A DNA stretch of 64,000 nucleotides from Patescibacteria group bacterium (GTDB taxonomy: Bacteria > Patescibacteriota > Patescibacteriia > UBA9934 > GWF2-40-263). Position 1 is the stretch's first letter. The number at the start of each line of letters is the position of its first letter. Below, piece after piece: positions 41,801-52,269 of the stretch. Both the position numbers and the translations under genes were made by a program. The notes under the pieces were generated by a model. The model was not told the origin of the DNA, did no database searches, and worked only from the letters and a program-made list of their open reading frames with translations. The DNA lies in the NCBI GenBank assembly GCA_004297215.1, contig SCUM01000001.1, positions 612,275 to 676,274 of the forward strand, read 5' to 3'.

Positions 41801-41931
41801 CCGAGCTTCTTCGCCCCGACTTTCACGCCGAGGTCGAGCGGCTTCGACAGGTCGGGAAACCACTTCTTCCCGAGGGCTACGTCGAGATCCTTGTTCTGGT
41901 TGCCATCGTTCTGCTTGTTCTTCTTGCCCAT
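38851..41931 (-). CDS. Large orphan multi-pass membrane protein (about 1026 aa)
   Basis: Long ORF with strong codon bias; soluble N-terminus, poly-Pro, about 7 TMs, coiled-coil C-terminus. Confidence 0.8.
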   Translation of the reverse strand: MGKKNKQNDGNQNKDLDVALGKKWFPDLSKPLDLGVKVGAKKLGEEFRQQLPHLVQDLKEMGLSGGPLTKKLTDITLKLPSLEVAVEVIAALLADAAYALPLDKEFGPGLISQLVKKFSLQTLSEGLSALDAAKARPIKDVNETPSSGDSVLDAKTKVVAKRETLEGPIAITLDGVFHAVQLDGDGNVAVDSKKDPVLLCEVGSLLQANAKDFTKNLRFVSAKAAAAIGGSAVCKHCEPEVARRIADEAKKAAAPAEGEAKPGERKEIDGNVIAIAIAYGSAAHRSPDLFKQIEGHGYLDEVMNLPSEVAAALVENDVFDDDGELTDKGFDDVTAAIRAFAKGRQELANKAGLGAVTVVNFVGGLLKKEDEEPAAVVVEKPDLSGALATALEARAEEDPQKRAEMFLAVAEAQAKAGEDTKAAFDAALGSVFKIKSLRKQAFMCLRIGQTQAKVGKNPTNSFDWARTVADGLKPANPPSTDPQALQKAVDLAERHRKRLMALIGKAHDEAFEVAKKSAVQPPPPPPPPPKKGRARRFIEAVPKVLWAYAIPLAAAVVVTVLGAMGGGFVGAAFSLLAGIVGVVLTAPVATLLQEMLDRTDQGLNYKDDTPGTITKFRNLVMLGLVVLGIGTAYAAVLEWMDPGAKYPFGMRLALTLGVMGLYVAHWAQMSNAEQVLRKARGEDGKEDESKLSSIDRIWVSLMKRSALLCYWLIPTVVVAALVWTLYQSSTHLQDVLRGLWYGVQVNAAFLVAVAILVVVAAAAFAAWYRFKDHKFAWIPVTGVSVVLAAAVVGSFFVKGSEMTVTTPDGKTKTIPGFGGNTAPDFSTFAPISKDRYEAAKKVRADVTTVVVTAADALAEQATAEIGSMKDLANKKREVEALRAGVETDEEKAKLLRRKEISARILAIPAEIVDAEGKAEGLKEMSKQKGISISEREEFERQGTAAKADVTKLKAELKALQGELAELKGEKKPTTVADKGASNGNGNGGGGHGKTASNDKPKKTDKCAKAAKYGLSAERMKLLGCTG

Positions 41932-42121
41932 TGGACACTCTCGCTTTCTTCTTTTTGTGCGGGAGGGGACCCCCGCTAGATTTTCAAAGGAGACGCGACC
42001 GGAACCCGGTACGCGATCTCTCCTAACGGGATACTCCCACTCATAAATCCCGCACGGAAAAGACCCTCCTATATACGCGAAAAACACCCTTTTGTCAAGA
42101 GTGTCTGACGGTACTCTTTGC

Positions 42122-43336
42122 TTACTTGAGCGAAAAATCTGTTATCAGCCGGCCTTCTTTTATGAGCGTTGTGGCGGCTTGTCGCGCCGTGGCAGTCCCG
42201 ACGAGGGTCGCGCCGACCAATTTCCCCTTTCGGCCGAACAATTGGACGATGCCGGTCGCGGCATCGCCGAGGACCTTCGTCTCGTCGGCTTTTTCCCGCA
42301 TCACGTCGCCGACGAAGGTGATCGGCGTCCCCAAAAGCTGCGTCGCGAATGAGGACACCAGGCAAAACGGCTGCCGCTCCCCGGCCATATTCGCCGCGAC
42401 GCATCGCCCCTGCATCTGCGCGTTCATCCAGCTCCCCACCATGCGCTGCCGGCCGACGGACAGGTCGAAGAACTCGGCCACGTCCCCGGCGGTCCACACG
42501 TTGGGCGCGTTCGTCTCCAGATATTCGTTTGCCTTCACTCCCTGCCCCACCTCCACGCCGCCTTCGCGGATCCACGAAAGCTCGGCTTCGAGTCCGAGGC
42601 CCAGGCCGACGATCGCTGCCGAGTCCGCGGGCACAGACCCCCTCATGCTCCCCCTTTCCAAGGGGGAGGTAGCGCAGTTCGTCACGAGCGTGACGCCGGA
42701 TGATTCGAGCTTCGTGCGCAGCATCTCCCACGAAGCGCCGTCGAGCGACGAGGAGAAGAACCGGTCGCCGCGCAGCCGCACTTCGATGGGCAACGCACGC
42801 GAAGCGAACAGGTCCACGAACTCGCAGGCGATGAACCCGCCGCCGTAGACGACGCCGCGCGGCTCGCGCCCTACCTCACCCATGCCCTCTCCTTCTAAAG
42901 GAGAGGGGTAGCTGGCTTCGTCCAGCAGCTTCAAGATGTGGTCGGCATCATCCACCGTCTGCATGTGGCAAACATTGCGTCCCTCGAGGTCAGCAGGGCG
43001 CGGCTGGCCGCCGGTGGCGATGAGGAGCTTGTCGTATTCCAGCTCGCGGCCGTCGGAAAGGGTGACGAACGCGTTCTTCGTATCGAGCGCCTGTGCGAAC
43101 GTGCCGGCGAGCCACTCGATGCGGTTCTGCGCGTACCACGCGGCCTTTTTCAGGAACACGCGCTCGCGCGGCACCTTGCCTTGCAGGTAGTGCGGGATCA
43201 GCACGCGCGAATAGAGCGGATGGAATTCCTCGCTCACCAGCGTGATCTGCGCGTCCGGCAGGCGCTTGCGCAGCTCCTCGGCCGCGGTCGTGCCGGCGAT
43301 TCCCCCACCCGCGATGACGAACCGTGTCTCGCTCAC
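42122..43336 (-). CDS. FAD-dependent NAD(P)H oxidoreductase (ferredoxin/rubredoxin reductase-like)
   Basis: IAGGGIAG, YSR, YDKLLIATG, GGGFIACE, NEYLETN, WTAGDVAE. Confidence 0.9.
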   Translation of the reverse strand: MSETRFVIAGGGIAGTTAAEELRKRLPDAQITLVSEEFHPLYSRVLIPHYLQGKVPRERVFLKKAAWYAQNRIEWLAGTFAQALDTKNAFVTLSDGRELEYDKLLIATGGQPRPADLEGRNVCHMQTVDDADHILKLLDEASYPSPLEGEGMGEVGREPRGVVYGGGFIACEFVDLFASRALPIEVRLRGDRFFSSSLDGASWEMLRTKLESSGVTLVTNCATSPLERGSMRGSVPADSAAIVGLGLGLEAELSWIREGGVEVGQGVKANEYLETNAPNVWTAGDVAEFFDLSVGRQRMVGSWMNAQMQGRCVAANMAGERQPFCLVSSFATQLLGTPITFVGDVMREKADETKVLGDAATGIVQLFGRKGKLVGATLVGTATARQAATTLIKEGRLITDFSLK

Positions 43337-43602
43337 ATTTCCGGAAACAGCTGTTTTCCCGCCTCGTCGTACACGAAGATGGCGAGCGTGGGGCAGGACT
43401 GCGCGCCCAGAAGGATGTTTTCCATCTCGGATTGCGTCACCTCAAGCTCGCGCTCATAGCTCTCTCCGCCCGGCTCTTGCCCGTGGTCGAGGACGTCGGC
43501 CTTGTTCTCGGCGTTTAGCTGGAACGTGTCCGGAGCGATGGTGACGCAGCTCGCGGCACCGATGCAGAGGTCGGGATCCACTTTCACTTTGATGCGAGGC
43601 AT
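43333..43602 (-). CDS. Ferredoxin (probable 3Fe-4S)
   Basis: CIGAASC...CPTLAI (CxxAxxC..CP). Confidence 0.9.
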   Translation of the reverse strand: MPRIKVKVDPDLCIGAASCVTIAPDTFQLNAENKADVLDHGQEPGGESYERELEVTQSEMENILLGAQSCPTLAIFVYDEAGKQLFPEM

Positions 43603-43603
43603 A

Positions 43604-44234
43604 TCAACCGAAATACTTTTCCTTATAAAAACGGATCAGTTCCTCCGCCGCCGGCAAGACGCCAGGGTTGCCGATGCCGACCTTGGTCTTCTGTTGGACG
43701 GCCTCGAGCGTATGCGCCCCTTCGAGCACCGCCTCCTCGATGTCGCGGTCCGTGACCTTGGCGACCGGGTCCACCAGGCGGGCGGATTCGACCACCATCT
43801 TATCGGTCTTGCCCGCTCGGCGGTAGTAATCGTTGATGGCGTCTCGCAGCGCCTTGTCGCACAGCACCGAACAATGGAACTTGCGCGCGGGCAGACCGCC
43901 CAGGCGCGCCATGATGTCCTGCGGCTTGAGGTCGCGCGCCTCATCGAGCGTCATGCCGCCGTTCTCGGTCACCATCACCGACGCCATGGAGGTCGAGGCG
44001 ATGGCGCTCCCGCACCCGAACGTCTTCCAGCGGAACTCCCGGATGCGTTCGGACTCGGGATCCACCTTCATCCACACGCGCAACTCGTCGCCGCAGGCCG
44101 GACTCCCCACCTTGCCGGTGGCATCGTACTCGTCGGGACCCACGTCGCGATCGATGAAGTTCTTCGGCCTGAAAAAGTGCTCCTTCACGGTGTCGGAATA
44201 GAACCAGGATTGCTTGCGGTCTCGGCTGGTGACG

Positions 44235-44242
<8 letters not shown>
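43604..44242 (-). CDS. IscU/NifU-N Fe-S scaffold fused to degenerate BFD-like domain
   Basis: HFFRPKN, ACGD, FGCGSAIAS, KFHCSVL. Confidence 0.9.
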
Positions 44243-45434
<1,192 letters not shown>

Positions 45435-45478
45435 AACAGGCGGAAGGTAACAGCGAAAACCATCCCTGACAAGAGATG

Positions 45479-45515
45479 GGGGCGAGGTTCAACCTCCAAG
45501 GTTGAACCTCGCCCC
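45479..45515. repeat. Perfect inverted repeat of nested AGGTTsAACCT palindromes (REP-like)
   Basis: GGGGCGAGGTTCAACCT-CCA-AGGTTGAACCTCGCCCC. Confidence 0.8.
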
Positions 45516-45520
45516 GGACT

Positions 45521-46069
45521 TCAGAGAACCACCCCGAACCTCGTCCGCACGAACCACCCGATGAGGAACCCGATGAGCGCCGCGCCCATGGATACCGCGA
45601 GCATTTCTAACCCGGACCTGATCCGATCCTGCTTCGTGAAAGAGGCGCTCCAATACCCGAGGCCGAACAGCGAGACCCCGGTGCAGGCGATGGACGGGAG
45701 ATACGCGTTTTGGATGGGCAGGAGAAGGTACGGCAGCAACGGGACGAATCCGCCCGCGAAATAGAACGTTCCCATGACGAGCGCCGAACGCCGAGGAGTG
45801 ATCTCTTCCTGATGCCTGCGACGATGTCCGTCGCGCTCGAACGCCTTCTCGGCCGCCGCGGACGACTTGGTGGAAAGATAGCTTCCGGCCGCCATGGAGG
45901 TGGCCTCTACGGCGATCAGCACGAGCCCCGAGAGCACGACGACGTAACTGCTTCCCGTCCCGGCCGCGATCCCGGTGATGGTGCCGAGCGTGGAAACCAG
46001 GCTGTCTTCCAGCCCAAAGACGATTTCCCGCATCGAGCTCACGATGTCTTTCCTCCATCCTCCTTGCAT
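45521..46069 (-). CDS. VIT1/CCC1 iron/manganese transporter
   Basis: REIVFGLEDSLVS, SMAAGSYLS, GGFVPLLPY. Confidence 0.9.
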   Translation of the reverse strand: MQGGWRKDIVSSMREIVFGLEDSLVSTLGTITGIAAGTGSSYVVVLSGLVLIAVEATSMAAGSYLSTKSSAAAEKAFERDGHRRRHQEEITPRRSALVMGTFYFAGGFVPLLPYLLLPIQNAYLPSIACTGVSLFGLGYWSASFTKQDRIRSGLEMLAVSMGAALIGFLIGWFVRTRFGVVL

Positions 46070-46105
46070 ACTTTCGTGTATTATACCGTATCATTGACTC
46101 ACCCT

Positions 46106-46549
46106 ATGAATATCCCGGAAAAATACCGCCCGTTCGATCGCCCCACGCTCATCGTCGTCACGGATAACGTGCAAGCGAAGCTGTTCAAGGCCGATGGCCG
46201 CGAGGTGAACCTGGTCCATCTCATCTCCAAGAAACTTGAACCCATGGAACAGGAGCGTTCCGCCGTGATGACCGGCGCCGGCCCCCGCAGCGCCGACGAG
46301 CACAACAAGGGGGAGCTGAAAGCGTGGACGCGCGAGCGCCTGTACACGGAGCTTTCGACGGACCTCATGCATCGTCTCCAGGCAAAGGAATTCGAGGCGT
46401 TGGCCTTCACCGCGCCGGAAGAAGACATGAACGAGCTCAAGGAATGCCTGCACGTGGACCTGCTCAAGCACGCGACCGTGTTCGTTCCGAAGGACCTGGT
46501 GAACGACGAATTGGTGGACATCGTCATCCACGTGCAAGATGAGATGTAG
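46106..46549 (+). CDS. Host-attachment protein / baeRF-like small protein
   Basis: TLIVVTDNVQAKLF...AP...KDL pattern. Confidence 0.6.
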   Translation: MNIPEKYRPFDRPTLIVVTDNVQAKLFKADGREVNLVHLISKKLEPMEQERSAVMTGAGPRSADEHNKGELKAWTRERLYTELSTDLMHRLQAKEFEALAFTAPEEDMNELKECLHVDLLKHATVFVPKDLVNDELVDIVIHVQDEM

Positions 46550-46582
46550 AAACAAAAGCGCGCCCCGAAAGGGGTGCGTTTT

Positions 46583-46658
46583 TGGAGGCCACGGCCGGGG
46601 TTGAACCGGCGCATAGCGGTTTTGCAGACCGCCGCGTTAACCACTTCGCCACGTGGCC
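46583..46658 (-). tRNA. tRNA-Cys(GCA)
   Basis: GCGGT-CTGCAAA-ACCGC anticodon arm, U73, CCA. Confidence 0.96.
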
Positions 46659-46782
46659 ATTCGTGCGAGGACGATAACAGGTTTCTCCTTCCGAGGTAAA
46701 GGGCGCGACATGCGAATATTGACCAAACCGTCCGTTTCTGCCATCCTTCCGTCGCCACTAAACGGCAAGGAGACGCAGCAAC

Positions 46783-47445
46783 ATGAAGACGAAGACCGCG
46801 TTCGTGGTGGTTCTCGCCCTTTCCCTCCCCCTCTCCGCCCTCGCGGCGGACCCGCCGGCCACGCAGCCGGTCGCGCCCAAGGCACCTGCCAAGGTCGAGC
46901 CGAAGAAGAAGGCGCCGGCTCCGAAGGCCAAGGCGCCGACCAAGACAGGCCAGGAGCAAGCGCTGGCGCAGCCCGTAAACCCGAGCGAGCAGCTCGCGCT
47001 CGACATCAACAAGGAGCCGGACTGCGCGAAGTTCAAGTCGACGGGCGAGTACTTCACCTACATGAACTCTCGCGTGGATCTGCTTGGGAAGTACGCTGAC
47101 GAGCTCGGTCATGTCTCGCTCATCCTCACGGTCGCGACGCAAGAGCGCGACATCAAGGATCCAAAGCTGCGTGAAGCGGCAGTCGCCGTCAACGATTCCG
47201 TCCAGATGTCGGCCAAGCGTCTGCGTGAGCTGGCAGTCCTGCTCCACATGCCCGGCAACCTCGCGGCCGGAGACGACAAGATGGATCCAGGGATGGTGTC
47301 GACGTGCAGGCAAATGCAGACGTCGACCGCTAATCTCTACCGCTCCACGATGCAGGTCGCATCGACGGCCATCAAGCTCCAACAGGTGCTCGACCGCCGC
47401 TATCCGCCCCCGCCGGACGCCGATGCGCCGGCGGCCACCCCCTGA
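46783..47445 (+). CDS. Secreted hypothetical helical protein
   Basis: AAGGAG RBS, signal peptide, Pro/Lys linker. Confidence 0.7.
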   Translation: MKTKTAFVVVLALSLPLSALAADPPATQPVAPKAPAKVEPKKKAPAPKAKAPTKTGQEQALAQPVNPSEQLALDINKEPDCAKFKSTGEYFTYMNSRVDLLGKYADELGHVSLILTVATQERDIKDPKLREAAVAVNDSVQMSAKRLRELAVLLHMPGNLAAGDDKMDPGMVSTCRQMQTSTANLYRSTMQVASTAIKLQQVLDRRYPPPPDADAPAATP

Positions 47446-47502
47446 CCCGTCCATGACGGGTTTTTTCATACAAAAACCGGCCGCATTGGCCGGCTTTTCC
47501 GT

Positions 47503-48036
47503 CTAGTACACCTCAATCATCGCCCTGCGCCTCCCGAGCTTCCTCGCCTCGTCACGACTCTCCATCCACACGTCCATCGCCTGGCCGTACCGCGCGTTCA
47601 TGCGGTCCTCGACGATGAATTCCTTGTCTCCGAACAGCTGCGGAATCTTCACTTTCGTCCCAATGGGGAGGAAGTTGGCGGCCACGATCCCGTCGCGAAC
47701 ATGGGTGCCAGAGGCGGTCACGAATGGGGTATCGTCGGTCTGCCACGGGTCGGAGTTGTACGCGCTCACGGGAACGACCATGCGCCGTTTCCAGGCGGGC
47801 TTCGGGGAATCCGGCAGCGTGCCGAACGGCCGGGTGGCATTCTGCATGGCCGCCACCTGCAGGGCGAGGGCTTCCGCGCGCTCGGCCTCGTGGGCATCCT
47901 CCCGCGCGAACGCCGCGGGGGCAGACATGACGAGGACGCTCACGAGACAGGCGGCGGCGAGTGAAAGGTCCAAAGCATGGCGGCGCAAAGCGCGCCGCGT
48001 GCCTTGGGCCCACACCATCGACGGTAAGGGACTCAT
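47503..48036 (-). CDS. 3D-domain (MltA-like) protein
   Basis: SAYNS..QTDDTPFVTASG, VAANFLPIGT, VEDRMN, DVWM; start uncertain. Confidence 0.88.
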   Translation of the reverse strand: MSPLPSMVWAQGTRRALRRHALDLSLAAACLVSVLVMSAPAAFAREDAHEAERAEALALQVAAMQNATRPFGTLPDSPKPAWKRRMVVPVSAYNSDPWQTDDTPFVTASGTHVRDGIVAANFLPIGTKVKIPQLFGDKEFIVEDRMNARYGQAMDVWMESRDEARKLGRRRAMIEVY

Positions 48037-48124
48037 AGGTCGCGACATTGTACGTTCGACGCGGCAACGAGTCAACGGATAACTTGAAAAAGAGGCTCAA
48101 ATCCGCTACGATTCTCCGAACCGT

Positions 48125-51076
48125 ATGTCCTCCCACCGCTACCCCTCCCATCAATGGCATCCCGGGCGGAGATCCCGCATGAAGCTCCCCAAGCTCAAGC
48201 TCTCCAAGGGGGCTTGGCAGAACATCCTGCTCGTCGTTTCCCTGCTCGTGATGGGCGGCTCCCTGTTCACGCTCGGGCTGTTCGCGTTCGTTTCCCGCGA
48301 CCTGCCGGACCCGAAACAGCTCACGGAGCGCACCATTCCCGAGACCACTAAGATCTACGACCGCACGGGGGAGCATCTCCTGTACGCCATCTTCAATAAG
48401 GAGAACCGCACGCTCGTGAAGGTGCAGAAGGAGTTCTGTAATCCTGAGGCAGACATCGAGAAGGATGAAAAGGGAATTCCGCCCTTTGCGGTGCAAGCGA
48501 CCATCGCGGCCGAGGACCGTTCCTTTTGCACGCACGGCGGGTTCAGCTTCAAGGGGCTGTTGCGCGCGCTCGTGTTCGGCGGATCGCGCGGCGGCGGCTC
48601 CACGCTCACCCAGCAGCTCGTGAAGAACGCGATCTTGAGCAACGAACGCACGCTCACGCGCAAGGCCAAGGAGCTCATCCTCTCGCTCGAGCTCGAACGC
48701 CGCTATGAGAAGGACGAGATCCTCCAGATCTACTTCAACGAGATCCCCTACGGCTCCACCTACTACGGCATCGAGGCCGCGAGCCAGAACTTCTTCGGGC
48801 GCCACGTGAGCGACCTCACGCTCGCACAGGCCGCGACCCTCGCCGCCCTCCCGCAAGTGCCCACCTTCTACATCAACAACCCAGACCGGCTCCGCGTGCG
48901 CCGCGACTGGATCCTCGCAAGCATGGCGGAACTCGGGTTCATCACGACGGAAGAGGCCGAGGAGGCGAAGAAGACGGATACGCCGCTCAACGACCGCGTG
49001 AGCAACATCTCAGCCCCGCACTTCGTGTTCTACGTGAAGGAACAGTTGGAGGCGAAATACGGGCAGCGCCAGGTGGAGGAAGGGGGCCTTAAGGTGATCA
49101 CGACCCTTGATTACGACAAGCAGATGATCGCCGAGGAGGAGGTGAAGCGCGGGGTGGAGGAGCGAGGCGAGCAATATGCCTTCAATAACGCCGCACTCGT
49201 CGCGGAGGATCCCAGGACCGGGCAGATCCTCGCCATGGTGGGCTCCAAGGATTACTTCGACGACGAGATCCACGGCAAGGTGAACGTCACCACGCGAGCG
49301 CGTCAGCCGGGATCGAGCTTCAAGCCCATCGTGTACGCCAAGGGGTTCGAGCTCGGATATACGCCAAGCACGGTGCTTTGGGACGTGAACACCGTCTTCC
49401 CATCCACGACCGGCGCCTACAACCCGCATAACTACGACCTGAGCGAACGCGGACCTATCCGCGTGCGCGAGGCCTTGCAAGGGTCGCTCAACGTCCCGGC
49501 CGTGAAGCTGACCTATCTGGTCGGGGTGCCGCGCGCGCTCGATTTCGCCGAGACGCTTGGCTACACCACCTTCGAGGACCGCTCGCGGTTCGGGCTCTCC
49601 ATCGTGCTCGGCGGGGCCGAGGTGAAGCTCGTGGAGCACGTGGGCGCCTATGCCGCGTTCGCCGCCGACGGGATCCGTATGCCGCAGGCATCCATCCTTA
49701 AGGTGGAAGACGCGCACGGGACCGTCCTCGAGGAATGGAAGCCGCCTGAAGGGGAGAAGGTGATGGAACCAAACGTGGCGCGCACGCTCACGAACGTGCT
49801 GTCGGATAACGCCGCGCGCGCGTACGTCTTCGGCGCGAATAATGCGCTCACGCTCGGCACCCGCCCGGCAGCCGCGAAAACCGGCACCACCAACGACTAC
49901 CACGACGGGTGGACCATCGGCTATGTCCCGTCACTCGCTGCCGGCGTGTGGACCGGGAACGCGGACAACGCCGCGATGAAGAAGGGGGCGGATGGGAGTA
50001 AGATCGCGGCGCCCATCTGGAACGCGTTCATGAAGCGGGCGCTCGACGCGACGCCGGTGGAGACGTTCATGGGCCCCGTCCTGAATCCGACGGGCAAACG
50101 CATCCTCGATGGCGAGCTCGGCGGCACCACGGTCACCGTCGATAAGGCCACAGGCAAGCTCGCGACGGAATTCACCCCTCCCTCCATGCGTGAGGAACGC
50201 ACGTTCGCTGAATATCACGACATCCTCCATTACGTGGACCGTGCCGACCCGCTCGGCCCGATCCCGGCGGACCCGGGGAGGGACGCCCAATATGCGGCCT
50301 GGGAAGCGGGCGTGGCTGACTGGCTCGCGCGCAAGGAAATCGAGACGGGGATAAAGGTCACCAATGCCGCGCCCCCCACGGAATACGACGACGTACACGT
50401 GCCAGGCAACTTCCCGAGCGTCACCATAGAATCACCAGGAAACGGCAGTGAGATCTCTTCACGCTCGATCGACGTGGCCGTGAACGCGTTCGCTCCGCGC
50501 GGCGTGCGTCGGGTCGAGTTCTATCTCGATGGATTTTTCCTCGGCTCCGACGAATCCGAGCCGTTCTCCTTGCATGCGTCGCTCCCTAGCACGGTCGGCC
50601 GAGGATTCCACACGCTTAAGGCTGTAGCCTTTGATGATGTGGAAAACAGCGGCTCTGACACGGTTGGCGTGCACGTTACCAGCGATGCCGAGGTCGGCGG
50701 ATTCGATTTGTTGGACCCGAAGAACGGCCAAACGATCGAAAAAACCAGCTCCTCCTTCCCTGTAGCCGTCACATTGCAGGATCCGGGCGACTACAGCTCG
50801 GTCACGGTCACGGCCAAGCCGTCCGGCGCGGGTTCGCCACAGCCGGTCGGGACGAAGACCTTCCCCTCTTCCCCGTTCATCACCTTCGATTGGACCCTTC
50901 CCGCCGACGGGGATTGGATCCTCACTGCCTCGGCCGTCCGCACCCGTGATGGCGCGCGCATGGACACGGCCGGCATCGTGGTGCATGTCACCACCCCGTC
51001 AGGAACCGCCATCCCGACACCCTTGGACGGCACCCCGCCCCCATCGCAAAACGATTTGAATCCGTTCAAGACATGA
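48125..51076 (+). CDS. Class A penicillin-binding protein (PBP1A) with C-terminal Ig-like domains
   Basis: EDRSF, GGSTLTQQLVKN, RKAKE, RQPGSSFKP, SLN, KTGTT. Confidence 0.95.
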   Translation: MSSHRYPSHQWHPGRRSRMKLPKLKLSKGAWQNILLVVSLLVMGGSLFTLGLFAFVSRDLPDPKQLTERTIPETTKIYDRTGEHLLYAIFNKENRTLVKVQKEFCNPEADIEKDEKGIPPFAVQATIAAEDRSFCTHGGFSFKGLLRALVFGGSRGGGSTLTQQLVKNAILSNERTLTRKAKELILSLELERRYEKDEILQIYFNEIPYGSTYYGIEAASQNFFGRHVSDLTLAQAATLAALPQVPTFYINNPDRLRVRRDWILASMAELGFITTEEAEEAKKTDTPLNDRVSNISAPHFVFYVKEQLEAKYGQRQVEEGGLKVITTLDYDKQMIAEEEVKRGVEERGEQYAFNNAALVAEDPRTGQILAMVGSKDYFDDEIHGKVNVTTRARQPGSSFKPIVYAKGFELGYTPSTVLWDVNTVFPSTTGAYNPHNYDLSERGPIRVREALQGSLNVPAVKLTYLVGVPRALDFAETLGYTTFEDRSRFGLSIVLGGAEVKLVEHVGAYAAFAADGIRMPQASILKVEDAHGTVLEEWKPPEGEKVMEPNVARTLTNVLSDNAARAYVFGANNALTLGTRPAAAKTGTTNDYHDGWTIGYVPSLAAGVWTGNADNAAMKKGADGSKIAAPIWNAFMKRALDATPVETFMGPVLNPTGKRILDGELGGTTVTVDKATGKLATEFTPPSMREERTFAEYHDILHYVDRADPLGPIPADPGRDAQYAAWEAGVADWLARKEIETGIKVTNAAPPTEYDDVHVPGNFPSVTIESPGNGSEISSRSIDVAVNAFAPRGVRRVEFYLDGFFLGSDESEPFSLHASLPSTVGRGFHTLKAVAFDDVENSGSDTVGVHVTSDAEVGGFDLLDPKNGQTIEKTSSSFPVAVTLQDPGDYSSVTVTAKPSGAGSPQPVGTKTFPSSPFITFDWTLPADGDWILTASAVRTRDGARMDTAGIVVHVTTPSGTAIPTPLDGTPPPSQNDLNPFKT

Positions 51077-51108
51077 AACGAAGAACGGGCCGTACGGCCC
51101 GTTTTCTT

Positions 51109-52245
51109 TTACTGTTTGATCGGCATCACGATATAGAGGTAGCCGGTCCCTTCTGATGGGGAAATGACACAAGGGTTGCCACCGTCGATCATCTTGAACG
51201 ACACCCTATCGCCACCCATCGCGTTGAGGCCGTCGAGAAGGTAACGGTAGTTCACCGTGACGTTGTTGTCGGAGCCGGTCGCCTCCGCCCCGCACTCGGC
51301 CGTATTGTCGCCGCGCGCGGCATCAGTCGCCTTCACCCGAAGTTTCTTTTCGTTCACGTCGAATTCAAGCGTCACGTCGAAAAGGCCCGTCCGCGAGAAG
51401 AGGCTTGCGGTCTTCACCGCTTTCACCATGTCGTCACGATCCAGCAAGGATTGCGTTTGGAACGATTTGGGAATGATCTGCCGATAATCCGGATAATGTC
51501 CCTCAATGAGGCGGGAAACGAGCTCAACCGTCCCGTAATCGAATGCCGCTTGGTTGTCGGAAAGCTTGAGGGAGATTTCCGCTGGGGAATCCACCTCGTC
51601 CTTGAACACGGATAGTATTCGGTTCACTTCGGAAAGGGTCCTTGCGGGAATGATGACCGTCTCCTCCGTTTCGACGGATCCCGCCGGGAGAGGGACGACG
51701 GCTTCCGCAAGACGGTATGAGTCGGTGGCCGCAAGCGTCATGGTCGAGTTTGTCCCGCTGTTGCCGAAACGGATGCACACCCCGGCAAGCTCGGGCCTGG
51801 ACTCGTTCGTGGCCACCGCGAACAAAACTTGGGAGAGGGCCGAGCGGAACGAGGCGACGGGGATGCGATACGAACGACTCGCCGTGACCTCTGGAACGAG
51901 CGGAAATTCCGAAGCGGGGAGTCCGTTCATCCGTGTCTTGTTTCCTGCGCATGAGACGGACATGCTCGTCCCCGCCTCCTCCACCGTCACGGTCTCGTTC
52001 GGAAGGAGGGATACGTAATCGAAGAAGAGCTTGGAGGGGACGGTAAACTCCCCTGGAACCTCTACCTTGCCACGCACTGAGCACGACACGGCTATTTCCA
52101 AATTCGTCGTCGTGAACCGTATCGCCCCGCCGTCCGCTTTCACCAGCACGTTCTGCAGGACGGGTAGGTTCACGTTCTTCGATGTGATGTGACTCGTGAT
52201 GGACAACCCTTGATGCAGGTTCTCCCTAGTACAGGATAATTTCAT
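51109..52245 (-). CDS. dnaN: DNA polymerase III beta clamp
   Basis: LPVLQNV, TTNLE, RPELAGV, ATDSYRL, SRLIEGHYPDY, YIVMP. Confidence 0.97.
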   Translation of the reverse strand: MKLSCTRENLHQGLSITSHITSKNVNLPVLQNVLVKADGGAIRFTTTNLEIAVSCSVRGKVEVPGEFTVPSKLFFDYVSLLPNETVTVEEAGTSMSVSCAGNKTRMNGLPASEFPLVPEVTASRSYRIPVASFRSALSQVLFAVATNESRPELAGVCIRFGNSGTNSTMTLAATDSYRLAEAVVPLPAGSVETEETVIIPARTLSEVNRILSVFKDEVDSPAEISLKLSDNQAAFDYGTVELVSRLIEGHYPDYRQIIPKSFQTQSLLDRDDMVKAVKTASLFSRTGLFDVTLEFDVNEKKLRVKATDAARGDNTAECGAEATGSDNNVTVNYRYLLDGLNAMGGDRVSFKMIDGGNPCVISPSEGTGYLYIVMPIKQ

Positions 52246-52269
52246 ATCGATTCCCCCCTTCCTTGTCAC

